Below are positions 11,585 through 22,241 of a stretch of DNA of 64,000 nucleotides, piece by piece. Both the position numbers and the translations under genes were made by a program. This DNA is from an uncultured bacterium (GTDB lineage Bacteria > Krumholzibacteriota > Krumholzibacteriia > LZORAL124-64-63), in assembly GCA_963727525.1 (NCBI GenBank), contig CAVSGO010000007.1:448001-512000 (forward strand), given 5' to 3'. Numbering within the stretch: the stretch's first letter is position 1; every line of letters begins with the position of its first letter. The notes under the pieces are model-generated. The model was not told the DNA's origin and did not search any database. It worked only from the letters and a program-made list of their open reading frames with translations.

Positions 11585-11642
11585 AACTGCGTCATTTTCA
11601 GACAAGACATCAACTGTGGGGCGTGGTGGCGGAAGAGGTCGG

Positions 11643-12725
11643 ATGATGGTCGGGAAGAGCGCACGACGGCACATCGTGGAACGACGGGTATCGTCAGGTC
11701 CGCTGGCCGGCCCCGCGGCGCTTGCCGTGCTGCTCGTGCTTGCCTTGCTGCTCGTGCTTACCGTGGGCACCGCTGCGAGGGCGGCGGAGACGCTCGATAC
11801 CGCAACCGGGTTGCACGCGGTCGTCCACACCGCGCCGGAGATCATGGCCGAGTGGATCTCCGTCGACGCGGCGGGACGCACGTGGTTCCAGGCTCCCGGT
11901 GTCGACGCCGTGGAACTCGACGCGACGCAGCATCCCTGGGATACGCTCACACCGCTACCCATGGGCGCGGTGCTGGATGCCGTGCGTGCGATGCACGGGT
12001 TCTCGACCGCGATCGACCTGCAGATCTTCATCCTGCCGGGGTTGCCGGTCGAGACCCTCGGCAGCTTCTCGCGGCATGACGCCGTGTTCCTCGCCCCGGC
12101 GCTGGGGCAGGTCGCGGCCAGCACCGTGGCTTACCTGACGACACACGAGATCGGACACGTGATGACGTGGGCTGCGCTCGATGGCCGCGCACCACGCTGG
12201 TCAGCCTACCTCTCGCTGCGCGGTGTACCGGCGACGGCGTTCGGCGCGGACGTGCCACACGCGGATCGTGCGCGGGAGATCCTGGCCGAGGACTGCCGTC
12301 AGCTCTTCGGCGGGCCGCTGGCCACGCAATCCGGGACGATCGAGAACGCGAGCCTGCCGCTGCCGGAGACCGTCGACGGATTGCGGGACCTCCTCGTCGG
12401 CTTTCTCGCCGACACGGCAAGGACCGTGTCTTCCGTGGCCGAGCTGCGGGCGTTTCCGAATCCCTGCAATCCGCGCACGACGGTCGAGTTGAGCATCCCG
12501 GCAGGCGCGGATGTCGCGGATGCCGCGTCTGCCGTGCTCGACGTCTATGACCTGCGCGGACAGCGGGTGAGTACCGTGCGCGGGGGCGAATGGCACGATG
12601 GCCGGGTGGAGATGGTCTGGCCCGGCACCGGCCACGACGGGGCGCGCATTGCCTCGGGTACCTACACGTTCGTGTTGCGTCTCGGCGACGTCGCGGCGCG
12701 CGGCCGTGTGACCGTCGTGCGCTAG
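11643..12725 (+). CDS. Secreted zinc metallopeptidase-like protein with FlgD/T9SS-type C-terminal domain
   Basis: Signal peptide; HEIGH (HEXXH) plus downstream EILAED; CTD FPNPCNP...VYDLRGQRV...WPG...ASGTY. Confidence 0.7.
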   Translation: MMVGKSARRHIVERRVSSGPLAGPAALAVLLVLALLLVLTVGTAARAAETLDTATGLHAVVHTAPEIMAEWISVDAAGRTWFQAPGVDAVELDATQHPWDTLTPLPMGAVLDAVRAMHGFSTAIDLQIFILPGLPVETLGSFSRHDAVFLAPALGQVAASTVAYLTTHEIGHVMTWAALDGRAPRWSAYLSLRGVPATAFGADVPHADRAREILAEDCRQLFGGPLATQSGTIENASLPLPETVDGLRDLLVGFLADTARTVSSVAELRAFPNPCNPRTTVELSIPAGADVADAASAVLDVYDLRGQRVSTVRGGEWHDGRVEMVWPGTGHDGARIASGTYTFVLRLGDVAARGRVTVVR

Positions 12726-12743
12726 CTCGTCTCGAGAATCTGA

Positions 12744-14273
12744 TCAGGGCTGCGGGACCGGCGGTGGCGGGTTGTCGTACGACTCCTCGATCTCATCGAC
12801 GTTGATGTGCCCCATGTCGCCCATCTCATCGTCCATGATCTCGAGGTACACGTGGCGACCATGCAACGGTCGCAGATCCCAGTACCGCCAGCTCATGGTC
12901 TCGATACCGTCGCCCGTCTCGCTGTAGAGCGTCGTGTCGGCGTCGGCATCGATCAGCGAGACATAGCAGGTTTGCGGGTAGATGCCGCCGCCCACGAGCA
13001 TGCGCATGGAGTTGCCCGTCACGGTGAACGTGTCCGTCGCCACGTTGCCGCGCGAGGCATCGCCCAGGAACGCGCCGGGCGATCCCCGTCCGGACAGCGG
13101 CCCCTGGTAATACTCTTTGCTGCCGAAATAGAAATTCCCCACCGGACCTGCAGGCGCTTCGCCGCGACGCAACGGATTGTCGCCGAAGCAGGGATTGCCG
13201 AGCGTCGCGACGCCGTTGCGGACAGCGAAATAGCGGTCGAGGGGATGCGGCTTGTACACCGTGGGCGGGGCCAGCCCGGGCTGGAACTGCAAGGTGTCGA
13301 GGCGCACGACGAAAGACAGCGCCGTGTGGTTGACTTCCTGGTACGGCCCGATGCGTGAGAAAAGCCAGGGCCCGTCCTGATCGAACTGATCCACCTCGGG
13401 CGCGATTCCGTAGTCGATGAAGGTTCGGTTGGCGAACGACAGACCAGCGGGGTCGTCCGCACTGATGTGGCTGATCCCGTCGACATTGTACTCGACGAAG
13501 AACAGATGGTGCACGCCGTCCACCACCTTGTACTGCATGCTCTCCATCACGTTGCCGGGATTGCTGCCGTCGTTGCGGAAGAAGATGCTCTGCGCATCCC
13601 AGTGCAGCTGATCGGCCGACGTGATGTCGGCCGTGACGCCCTGGAATCCGCTGGGACCGTTGGCCGCCGCGGTCATCAGCATGTGCCATAGCGATCCGTC
13701 GTGGTAGACGTACGGGTCGCGGAAATTGCCGAAGGAGCCGTTGGGATTCCAGATGAAGATGCCGGTATCGGGCACCACGACGGGATTGAGCCGTGTCTTG
13801 TACCAGGTCGTCAGATCTCGCGACCAGGCCAGGGCGCCACGCTGGTTGTAATCCGCATCGACGGCAGTGTACGCCATCCACCAGAGGCCGTTCTCCGGGT
13901 TGAAGAACACGTCGGGAGCCCACATGGCCAGGGATTCGAAAGAGTCGCTGGAAACCCACAGCGCGGGCACCGGCGCCGTCCAGTGGATGAGGTCGTGGGT
14001 GGTGGCGTGGTAGATCGTATCCGCCGAGGCCGGCGTCGGGGACGACTCGGGTATACCGTGGTAGAAGATGTGGTACGTGCTGTCGACCCTCACGAGCGAG
14101 AAATCCCAGACCTGAACGTACGGGTGCACGTAGTAGGGTTGCTCGAAGTCGATCTTGAGGAGAGCCCGCGCGGGACGACTCGCGCCGAGAACGACGCACG
14201 TGAGCCAGACCGTGGCGATGATCATGAAAGGGCGGCGCCAGCGGAATGGGTCGAATCGAGGGGACGGGATCAT
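12744..14273 (-). CDS. Secreted five-bladed beta-propeller glycoside hydrolase (GH32/GH43 clan-like) with levanase-type beta-sandwich
   Basis: VWDF, WAPDV, FRDPYV and MES motifs; C-terminal MLVGGG...WDLRPLHGRHVYLEIMDD...GHINVDEI; signal peptide; start may be 14225. Confidence 0.65.
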   Translation of the reverse strand: MIPSPRFDPFRWRRPFMIIATVWLTCVVLGASRPARALLKIDFEQPYYVHPYVQVWDFSLVRVDSTYHIFYHGIPESSPTPASADTIYHATTHDLIHWTAPVPALWVSSDSFESLAMWAPDVFFNPENGLWWMAYTAVDADYNQRGALAWSRDLTTWYKTRLNPVVVPDTGIFIWNPNGSFGNFRDPYVYHDGSLWHMLMTAAANGPSGFQGVTADITSADQLHWDAQSIFFRNDGSNPGNVMESMQYKVVDGVHHLFFVEYNVDGISHISADDPAGLSFANRTFIDYGIAPEVDQFDQDGPWLFSRIGPYQEVNHTALSFVVRLDTLQFQPGLAPPTVYKPHPLDRYFAVRNGVATLGNPCFGDNPLRRGEAPAGPVGNFYFGSKEYYQGPLSGRGSPGAFLGDASRGNVATDTFTVTGNSMRMLVGGGIYPQTCYVSLIDADADTTLYSETGDGIETMSWRYWDLRPLHGRHVYLEIMDDEMGDMGHINVDEIEESYDNPPPPVPQP

Positions 14274-14390
14274 GCGGGCGTCGACCTTTCGGTTGCGATC
14301 GTTCCGAGCCGGCTCCGCCACGGCGAGACGGTGGCACGCCAGCGCGGAGTCGGTTACGGGCGGAGATCATATGACATGGTATCAGAATTC

Positions 14391-15488
14391 ATGGACAACG
14401 GTCAACTGACCCACCTTGGTCTGACCCGCCCTGGTCGCCCGCGGTGGCGATTGGTTTTCGGGGTTCTCGTCTTCCTGGGCGTTGCTGGCGGGGCCGGCCT
14501 GGCCCGGAGCGCGGGAGATGCAAGGAACGCGCCGCCATCGGGGCTGGCGCGCCTCGACAGCCTCGTGGCGATGGGTGAGGTGGATGAAGTCCTGGCCGAG
14601 GCGGCAAAGCTGCTCGCGAGCGGCTCCCTGCGGCCGCAGGAGCGCTGGCTGGTCGACCAGCGCGTGTGTGCGGCGTTGACTGATGCAGGCCAGGCGCACC
14701 GCGCTCTGGGGACCTGCGAGGATGCGGCTCGCGCCGCACCCTACGATGCAGCGAATCATCGGAACTTTGCTGCCTGTTTGACCGCGGTCGGTCAGACCGG
14801 CCGGGCTATCGGCGAGTTCCAAGCTGCCCTTGAACTGGCGCCCGAGCAGACCGACTGGCGGCTCGAGTATGCGCAGACCCTGCGCCAGATGGGCGTTGCG
14901 CGTGAGGCGCTTGCTCAGCTCGATCGGGCGCGGACCGACTGCGGGGGTTGCCCCGCCGCGACCCGGGCCCTCGCGCAGTACTATCTGACGGAGGGGCCGG
15001 CGGCGAGAGCTGCTCCGCTGCTCGCCTCACTTCTGGCCGAGCATCCGGATCCTGCCGTGCGGGCACGCTATGCACAGCTCCTGAGCGATCTGGGCCGGTT
15101 CGCAACCGTCGACTCGCTGCTGGGCCCGCTGGGCCTGGCCCAGCTCTCCGTTCCCGAGACCTGGATGCTGCTGCAAGCTGATCGCGCGCTCGGACGCGGC
15201 GCGCGTGGTGTTCTCCTGGCGCCGGGCAACGCGGATAGTCAGGGCGTGTCTCCCGACATCGCGGGCCAGGCGCGGTACTGGGGACTCGTCTCGGAACTCT
15301 GCTTGCTGGCACACGACCCGGGGGCGAGTTTGAGAGCGATCGATGAGGCCGTGGCGATCTCTCCGCGCGAGGCCATCTGGCACCACAACCGCGCGGCGGT
15401 CCTGCTCGAACTGGGACGGAACGAGGAAGCCGCGGAGGCGCTGGCGCGGGCCAAGGCCCTCGGAATCGGGCGGGAGCAAGCACGATGA
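14391..15488 (+). CDS. Exported TPR protein
   Basis: N-terminal hydrophobic segment; multiple TPRs (AIGEFQAALELAPE, WHHNRAAVLLELGRNEEA). Confidence 0.75.
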   Translation: MDNGQLTHLGLTRPGRPRWRLVFGVLVFLGVAGGAGLARSAGDARNAPPSGLARLDSLVAMGEVDEVLAEAAKLLASGSLRPQERWLVDQRVCAALTDAGQAHRALGTCEDAARAAPYDAANHRNFAACLTAVGQTGRAIGEFQAALELAPEQTDWRLEYAQTLRQMGVAREALAQLDRARTDCGGCPAATRALAQYYLTEGPAARAAPLLASLLAEHPDPAVRARYAQLLSDLGRFATVDSLLGPLGLAQLSVPETWMLLQADRALGRGARGVLLAPGNADSQGVSPDIAGQARYWGLVSELCLLAHDPGASLRAIDEAVAISPREAIWHHNRAAVLLELGRNEEAAEALARAKALGIGREQAR

Positions 15489-16360
15489 TGCGAAGGACTG
15501 GTCAACGCCGGACATACTCCGTGCGGATGGTCGTGGTGCTGGGGTTGGTCACCGTGGCCGGCATGCCGGCCTGGGCAACGGAACTCGCGGAAGACCCGGC
15601 TCCGCTCGGAGGCATCCGCCTGATCCGGCTCGCGCGCTGCGCCGAGGAGTCGCCGCTGCAACCGGACGTCAAGGCCTCCCTCGCGAGCGCGGCGAGCCTC
15701 GTCCGGGGCGGTAACGGGGCTGACGGGATCACCGAGCTCGAACTCTGCGTCGCCGACCATCCCGAGGCGGGCTCGGCGCTGCTCATGCTTGCGCAGTGCT
15801 ACCTGGCGGCTGCCTGGGGGCGGCCCGACCTGGCCCCGCGCGAGGGGACCCTCGCCGCATCCGGCGATCGTGACCGGGACCTCGCCCGCTGGGTCGATCG
15901 CGCGTTCACGTTGCTCGAGGCTGCCGAGGGGCAACGCCCGGACGACGCCGTGGTCGATTACCTACGCGCCGAGGTCTGGCGCTTGCGCCACGATGACGAC
16001 GCGGCGGCCACCTCCGAATATCTCGGCATGCGCAAGTGCTCCTATATCCGCAGCCTGGAGATGGTCAAGCGGCTCCAGCGCCTGCAGTCGTACCCCGCGG
16101 CCGTCGTGGGGGAGCTGAAACCGCACTATCCGGAGGCCGCAGCGGCGCGGGGGATCACGGGGACGGTGACGCTCGACCTGCTCGTCGACCCCGAGGGGCG
16201 GGTGGAACAGGTGGTGACCGTATCCGGCCCGCCACTGCTTGCCGGGGCCGTCGAGGCGGCTGCGCGTGACGCGGGGTACCAGGCGGGCCGCGTGGGCGCG
16301 TATCCGGTGTGGTGCTGGCTGCGCGTTTCGGTCGGGTTCGGCCACGCCAGCACCGACTAG
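15485..16360 (+). CDS. TPR-like plus TonB C-terminal domain protein
   Basis: Signal peptide; PHYPEAAAARGITGTVTLDLLVDPEGRV...VSVGF is typical of a TonB C-terminal domain. Confidence 0.75.
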   Translation: MMRRTGQRRTYSVRMVVVLGLVTVAGMPAWATELAEDPAPLGGIRLIRLARCAEESPLQPDVKASLASAASLVRGGNGADGITELELCVADHPEAGSALLMLAQCYLAAAWGRPDLAPREGTLAASGDRDRDLARWVDRAFTLLEAAEGQRPDDAVVDYLRAEVWRLRHDDDAAATSEYLGMRKCSYIRSLEMVKRLQRLQSYPAAVVGELKPHYPEAAAARGITGTVTLDLLVDPEGRVEQVVTVSGPPLLAGAVEAAARDAGYQAGRVGAYPVWCWLRVSVGFGHASTD

Positions 16361-16509
16361 GCGTGGAACTGCCAGTTGATTTAACTGGCTATCCACCCTA
16401 ATTTTACGAGGCACCTCCGGTTTGGGACTGGAGGTTCGTCCTGATACTGCGTCGGGCCGCCCACTTGCGCCCCGCGGCTCTGTTCCGACGGGAGGTCGGT
16501 GTTTTGAAG

Positions 16510-17901
16510 ATGGGGTCTGGTACTCGCACTCTGGTCGCCTGCTACGTTCTCGTGCTCGTCGGTGCCCTCGTGGTGGGTTGCAGTACGAAGGACACGGCTT
16601 CCGAGCAGCTCGTCACCTGCGGCAATCATAGCTGCGGCGACCTGGCCATGGTGACCATCGACACCTCCACGGATGGCTTCCAGTACCTCGATGCTTCGGC
16701 CTCGCCGGACCAGCAGACACTCGCGTTCACCGCCGACTGGGCCGTGATCCCGTCGCAGGACGACTACACGGTGCCGTACCCGAATCGGCAGATCCTGGTG
16801 ATGCCCGTGCCCGGCGGGATCTGGGACGATGCGGCCCTGTCGCGGCGGCCGGTCGAGTCGATCGTGGAACAGGGCGCCCAGCTCGTGAAGTGCGAGGAAT
16901 TCTACAGTCTGGTGGGCGGGGCGCCCAACCTCACGCAGGGCGCGGCCCGGGCGAACAAGGGCTCGCCGATCTGGATGAGCCCGGATTCGCTGATCTTCTG
17001 GATCAACTTCAACAGCCGCGATCGCTTCGTTCTCGCCGATATTTCGGATCCGTCGTCCGTCCCGTTGCAGGTTCTCCACTATGAGCCCGATGATCTCGCG
17101 GCGAGCGGTTGGATCTACTATCACCACGACGGCGCGCTGTCTCCCGACAAGCGCTGGCTCGCCTATACGCGCTTCGGTTGCGATCGACCCAGCGCCGACG
17201 ATGCGATTTGTACGGACGTTGCGATCTGGGTCATCGATATGAATACCATCAGCGATCCCAGGGTCTCGCATGCCTTCCCGATCACGAGCGAGGCGGTAAC
17301 CATCGCCACGCCGAGCTGGTCGCCGGATGGCCGCAGCATCGTGTTCTCGTCGAGCCTGGATATCGTCGGCGACAACTCGGGCCACATGAACGAGATCTTC
17401 ACCATCGACTTCGACACCACGGGCTATGCCGCCAGCGGGACGGTGGTGTTGGACCGGAACCTGAGGCGCATCACGCACACGACGGTCGAACCGAACGATC
17501 CCATCGTCGGGCTCCAGAACTACGACCCGATCTACAGCCGCAATGGCGACTACGTCTACTTCGTCTCGAGCCGTCGCGCGCCCGGATCGACGCAGCGCGG
17601 CCGCAATATCTGGTCGGTGACGGCTGATGGTCGTCTCGAACCGGAGATCCTGTTCTTCTCGCGTCAGGACGACATCGATCCGTCGCTCATGGACGACGGG
17701 ACGATGATCTTGTCGAGCCGCCTCGGATTCACCACCGAGGTGCTCGATCGACTCGAGCAGGAGCGGGTCGACGAGTTGACGTCCCTTCCCGACACCGTGT
17801 TGACGACATTCGAGATCGCGCGCATCGCATCGGACGAGCGAGACAAGCTCGAGTTCTTCGAGGGTGTGATGGCGCAGCTCTACCTGTTCCGCAACTGGTA
17901 G
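16510..17901 (+). CDS. TolB-like (PD40 repeat) beta-propeller lipoprotein
   Basis: Lipobox VVGC; SPDQQTLAF, LSPDKRWLAY, PSWSPDGRSIVFSS, PIYSRNGDYVYFVSSR. Confidence 0.8.
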   Translation: MGSGTRTLVACYVLVLVGALVVGCSTKDTASEQLVTCGNHSCGDLAMVTIDTSTDGFQYLDASASPDQQTLAFTADWAVIPSQDDYTVPYPNRQILVMPVPGGIWDDAALSRRPVESIVEQGAQLVKCEEFYSLVGGAPNLTQGAARANKGSPIWMSPDSLIFWINFNSRDRFVLADISDPSSVPLQVLHYEPDDLAASGWIYYHHDGALSPDKRWLAYTRFGCDRPSADDAICTDVAIWVIDMNTISDPRVSHAFPITSEAVTIATPSWSPDGRSIVFSSSLDIVGDNSGHMNEIFTIDFDTTGYAASGTVVLDRNLRRITHTTVEPNDPIVGLQNYDPIYSRNGDYVYFVSSRRAPGSTQRGRNIWSVTADGRLEPEILFFSRQDDIDPSLMDDGTMILSSRLGFTTEVLDRLEQERVDELTSLPDTVLTTFEIARIASDERDKLEFFEGVMAQLYLFRNW

Positions 17902-17922
17902 GCGAGGTTGCGGAGAAGACGC

Positions 17923-17953
17923 GAGGCCCCTGGCCGGGACAGCCAGGGGCCTC
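17923..17953. terminator. Stem-loop between convergent genes
   Basis: 12-bp inverted repeat GAGGCCCCTGGC/GCCAGGGGCCTC. Confidence 0.55.
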
Positions 17954-18048
17954 CGCATAGCCAGGGGCCTCCGCATAGCCAGGGGCCTCCGCATAGCCAG
18001 GGGCCTTCGCATGGCCAGGGGCCTTCGCATGTCCAGGGGCCTTCGCAT
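17941..18048. repeat. Tandem repeat, 6 x 18 bp (AGCCAGGGGCCTCCGCAT consensus)
   Basis: Three identical units followed by three progressively diverged units; no spacers. Confidence 0.95.
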
Positions 18049-18069
18049 GTCAGCTCGGGATCCTGGGGA

Positions 18070-18183
18070 TCAGGGGAGTACGTTGCCGCCGCCATTGGCC
18101 GCTGCCGTCGCCAGTCCCACCACGACGCACAATCCCAGCACCAGGACCAGCAAGATCAATCGTTTCACCATCCCGGACTCCAT
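18070..18183 (-). CDS. Small signal-peptide-like ORF (37 aa, or 33 aa from ATG 18171)
   Basis: Manual translation MESGMVKRLILLVLVLGLCVVVGLATAAANGGGNVLP; GGAG 6 nt before the second ATG; directly downstream of the GT4 gene. Confidence 0.5.
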   Translation of the reverse strand: MESGMVKRLILLVLVLGLCVVVGLATAAANGGGNVLP

Positions 18184-18186
18184 TCC

Positions 18187-19431
18187 TCAAAGGTGTTCGT
18201 AGATTTCCGTCAACTGCGCGGCGATGGCCAGCCAGCTGAAACGCTCCTCGATATGCCGCCGTGCGCGCCACGCACGCCTCGCGGCTTCCTGCGGCTGCTG
18301 TGCCGCCGCCAGTACCTGACGCGCAAAATCGTCGATGTCACTAGCCAGCCAGACGGTCTCGTCGGCGGCGTCGGTGATGCCCTCGGCGCCGATGGCCGTC
18401 GTCACGACCGGTATACCACGCGCCATCGCTTCGAGCACCTTGATCTTGATGCCACCGCCTTCGGTCAGCGGCGCCAGGAAGAGGCGACTTGTCGCGAACA
18501 GCGCGTCCAGATCGTCCACGTAACCGAGCCCCTGGACGCCGTCCGCCCCGGAACCCGAAATGTTCGCCAGGAACGTATCCGATCCGGGGCCGGCAAGGGC
18601 GAGTTCCCATGTCGGGAGCGCTTCGCGCAGCGCCGGCCAGATGGTCTCCAGGAGCAGCTTCGCCGCCACACGATTCGGCGGATGCTGGAAGCTGCCGAGA
18701 AACAGGGCCCGCGTCGCGCCATCGTCGGCGGGGCGAAAGGGCACACGGTCCGTGTCCACGCCCAGCGGGACCGTCTGGAGGTTCTGGCCGCCGAGCTGCG
18801 CGAACAGTTCGTGATCCTGAGGCGTGACGCAGAGCGTCGCGTCGGCCCAGGTCGACGCGTCGACCTGCAACCGCTCCCAGGCGTGGGCGACGATATGCAG
18901 CCACGCCCGCCGCGCGGGGTCGCGGGTGACGGCGGCGCGACGCTGACGCGGCAGCGAGCTGAGCTCATGACTGCCCAGCACCAGGCCCGGGCGCCGGTTC
19001 CCGTCGCGATCGCGAAGTCGCCGAATATTGCGCAGGGCCAGCGCCAATTGCAAGTATTCGATCTGGATCACATCCGGGTCGATCCGTCGCACGGCCTCGG
19101 CGACGGCGCGCAGGAGCGACGGCTGGCCGTACTTGGCGACGAAGAGCGGATACCGCGTGGCCACGGCGCGCCCGGCTGCTTGCAGGCGGCTCGTGACGAG
19201 GGCGACGCGCTGGTAGCCACGAGCACCGCGATCGACGAAGGGGATGCCGTGCACCTCGACGCCCAGGCTGGCCACGTCGTCGAGGAGCGCACCCTCGCCC
19301 GGCCGCACGAGCGCCACGACGTCGACCCGGTGGAGGCGCGAGAGGGCCTTCACGAGATTGCGCACGGCGGTGCCGCCGCCATGGCCCACCCGGCTGTGGG
19401 GGAGATACGGGGTCAGAACGAGCACTTTCAC
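18187..19431 (-). CDS. Glycosyltransferase family 4
   Basis: FLGSFQHPPN, GGGIKIKVLEAMARGIPVVTTAIGAEGI. Confidence 0.9.
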   Translation of the reverse strand: MKVLVLTPYLPHSRVGHGGGTAVRNLVKALSRLHRVDVVALVRPGEGALLDDVASLGVEVHGIPFVDRGARGYQRVALVTSRLQAAGRAVATRYPLFVAKYGQPSLLRAVAEAVRRIDPDVIQIEYLQLALALRNIRRLRDRDGNRRPGLVLGSHELSSLPRQRRAAVTRDPARRAWLHIVAHAWERLQVDASTWADATLCVTPQDHELFAQLGGQNLQTVPLGVDTDRVPFRPADDGATRALFLGSFQHPPNRVAAKLLLETIWPALREALPTWELALAGPGSDTFLANISGSGADGVQGLGYVDDLDALFATSRLFLAPLTEGGGIKIKVLEAMARGIPVVTTAIGAEGITDAADETVWLASDIDDFARQVLAAAQQPQEAARRAWRARRHIEERFSWLAIAAQLTEIYEHL

Positions 19432-19471
19432 CGCCGTCGCTCCGTCGCGGTTCGGCGATGGGACGTCGTCA

Positions 19472-19756
19472 TCAGCGGATCACGTAACCTCGGGACACGG
19501 CCAGATCTTCCTTGACCCGGTCGAGCTGGATCTCCCACTCGGTCGTGCCTTCCTCGAGCTGCGGCTTGTGCTGCAGCAACCACGCTGTGGCTTGTTCGTC
19601 GATCTCGTCCTCGATCTTGAGATCCTGCAGGATCAGGCCCTGGACGAAGAAGACAAACTTCTTCTCATCGATCTCGAGGTCGATCAATTCGTCGTCGAGC
19701 AGGGCGTTGGCGATCTCCTCGGCCAGGCGGGAGATGCGCTCCTCGGACAGTCGCAT
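19472..19756 (-). CDS. DUF507 family protein
   Basis: MRLSEERISRLA...EDEIDE...KEDLAVSRGYV; paralog of the adjacent gene. Confidence 0.75.
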   Translation of the reverse strand: MRLSEERISRLAEEIANALLDDELIDLEIDEKKFVFFVQGLILQDLKIEDEIDEQATAWLLQHKPQLEEGTTEWEIQLDRVKEDLAVSRGYVIR

Positions 19757-19775
19757 GAATCGGTCTCCCCGGAGT

Positions 19776-20057
19776 CTAGAGCACGAAGCCTCGGCGTTTG
19801 GCCACTTCCCGCTTGAACTTGCGTCGCAGGTCGATCAGGTCCATCTCCAAGACCTGGATCTCGGCACGGTGCTGGCGGAGCAGGATATCCACTTCCTGCT
19901 CGATATCGTCCTCCTCGCGCATGTTCGCGAAGATGGTATCGGCGATGGTCTTGTCCACCGCGTCGATATTCGACGTGATGTGGACCTTCGGGTTTTCCTG
20001 GATCATCAGCAGGATCCGGTCGGCCAGGTAGCGGATCTTGTCTGGCGACAGCCTCAC
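19776..20057 (-). CDS. DUF507 family protein
   Basis: (V)RLSPDKIRYLA...EDDIEQEV...KREVAKRRGFVL; GGAGG RBS before GTG 20057. Confidence 0.75.
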   Translation of the reverse strand: MRLSPDKIRYLADRILLMIQENPKVHITSNIDAVDKTIADTIFANMREEDDIEQEVDILLRQHRAEIQVLEMDLIDLRRKFKREVAKRRGFVL

Positions 20058-20253
20058 GGGGACCTCCAGCCGGTGCGCGGGTGCGAACGTGCCCTTCATT
20101 GAAGTGCCAAGGCCCGACCTTGGCAAGTGAATTCCACGCCGCTACCATACCGGGCGCGTCCTTCGGACGCCGTGGGAACCTCGAGCGGCGGGGAGACGTA
20201 GAATCGCGCTGTCGCGAAATCCATGCACTACCGGTGACGAGGAAGAGGATAGC

Positions 20254-21237
<984 letters not shown>

Positions 21238-21251
21238 TTGCGGCGCGAAAC

Positions 21252-21285
21252 GACGAGGGACAGGACGAGGGACAGGACGAGGGAC
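21252..21285. repeat. Short tandem repeat GACGAGGGACAG, about 2.8 copies
   Basis: Directly visible between moxR and the DUF58 gene. Confidence 0.8.
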
Positions 21286-21290
21286 GAGCG

Positions 21291-22241
21291 ATGAGCCCAC
21301 GCGATCAGCGCGAGCACACGCGGCCGTCGACCCCGGCGGCCCGAGACGACGGGATCCCCCCGGCGATTTTCGCGGCGGTACGGCGGATCGAGATCCGCAC
21401 CCGTCGCCTCGTCGAGGAGGTCTTCTCGGGCGAGTACCACTCGGTCTTCAAGGGACGCGGCGTCGAGTTCCGGGAGGTCCGCGAGTACGTGCCCGGTGAC
21501 GATGTGCGTGCGATCGACTGGAACGTCACGGCTCGATCCGACGACACGTTCGTGAAACAGTACGAGGAAGAGCGTGAGCTCACCGTCATGCTCGTGGCCG
21601 ACGTCAGCGGAAGCGGTCGCTTCGGCTCCGGCGCGCGGACGAAGAGCGAGGTGGCCGCCGAACTGTGTGCGGTCCTGGCCTTCGCGGCCATCACGAACAA
21701 GGACAAGGTGGGGCTGCTGCTCTTCAGTGACCATGTGGAGAAGTTCATTCCGCCGGCCAAGGGCAAGAGCCACGTACTGCGCCTCATTCGTGAGCTACTC
21801 ACGTTCCGTCCCGCGGGACGTGGCACGGATCTCGGGCCGGCGCTGCGCCTCCTGGGCACGGTGGTGAAGCGACGCGCCACGGTGTTCCTCGTGTCCGACT
21901 TCTGGACCGCGGGTTTCGACCACAATCTGCGCATCGTCGCGCGCCGGCACGACTGCGTGGCGGTACGCCTGCGCGATCCTCGCGAGACCGACGTGCCGGC
22001 CGTGGGAGTCGTGCGCTGGCGCGATGCAGAGACCGACCGCGAAATCCTCGTCGACACGTCGTCAGCCAAAGTACGTGAGCAGCTCCACGATCGCGCACGG
22101 GCCTTCGATCAACGGCTCGAACGGTCCTACCGGCACGCAGGCGTCGATCTCGTGGATATCGACGTGACACGCTCATACGTCGAGCCGCTCCAGCGGTTCT
22201 TCCTGGCGCGCGCGGGCCGCCAGAGAGGAGGCGCGCGGTGA
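21291..22241 (+). CDS. DUF58 domain protein
   Basis: GEYHSVFKGRGVEFREVREYVPGDDVRAIDWNVTAR, DVSGS, VSDF. Confidence 0.93.
   Translation: MSPRDQREHTRPSTPAARDDGIPPAIFAAVRRIEIRTRRLVEEVFSGEYHSVFKGRGVEFREVREYVPGDDVRAIDWNVTARSDDTFVKQYEEERELTVMLVADVSGSGRFGSGARTKSEVAAELCAVLAFAAITNKDKVGLLLFSDHVEKFIPPAKGKSHVLRLIRELLTFRPAGRGTDLGPALRLLGTVVKRRATVFLVSDFWTAGFDHNLRIVARRHDCVAVRLRDPRETDVPAVGVVRWRDAETDREILVDTSSAKVREQLHDRARAFDQRLERSYRHAGVDLVDIDVTRSYVEPLQRFFLARAGRQRGGAR

Noticed and set aside
17941-18048. Possible CRISPR array
   Set aside because: Units are contiguous 18-mers without unique spacers, and there are no cas genes in the window
16381-18048. 555-aa minus-strand ORF starting with MRRPLA repeats
   Set aside because: Antisense shadow of the TolB-like gene; the peptide repeat is only the translated DNA tandem repeat
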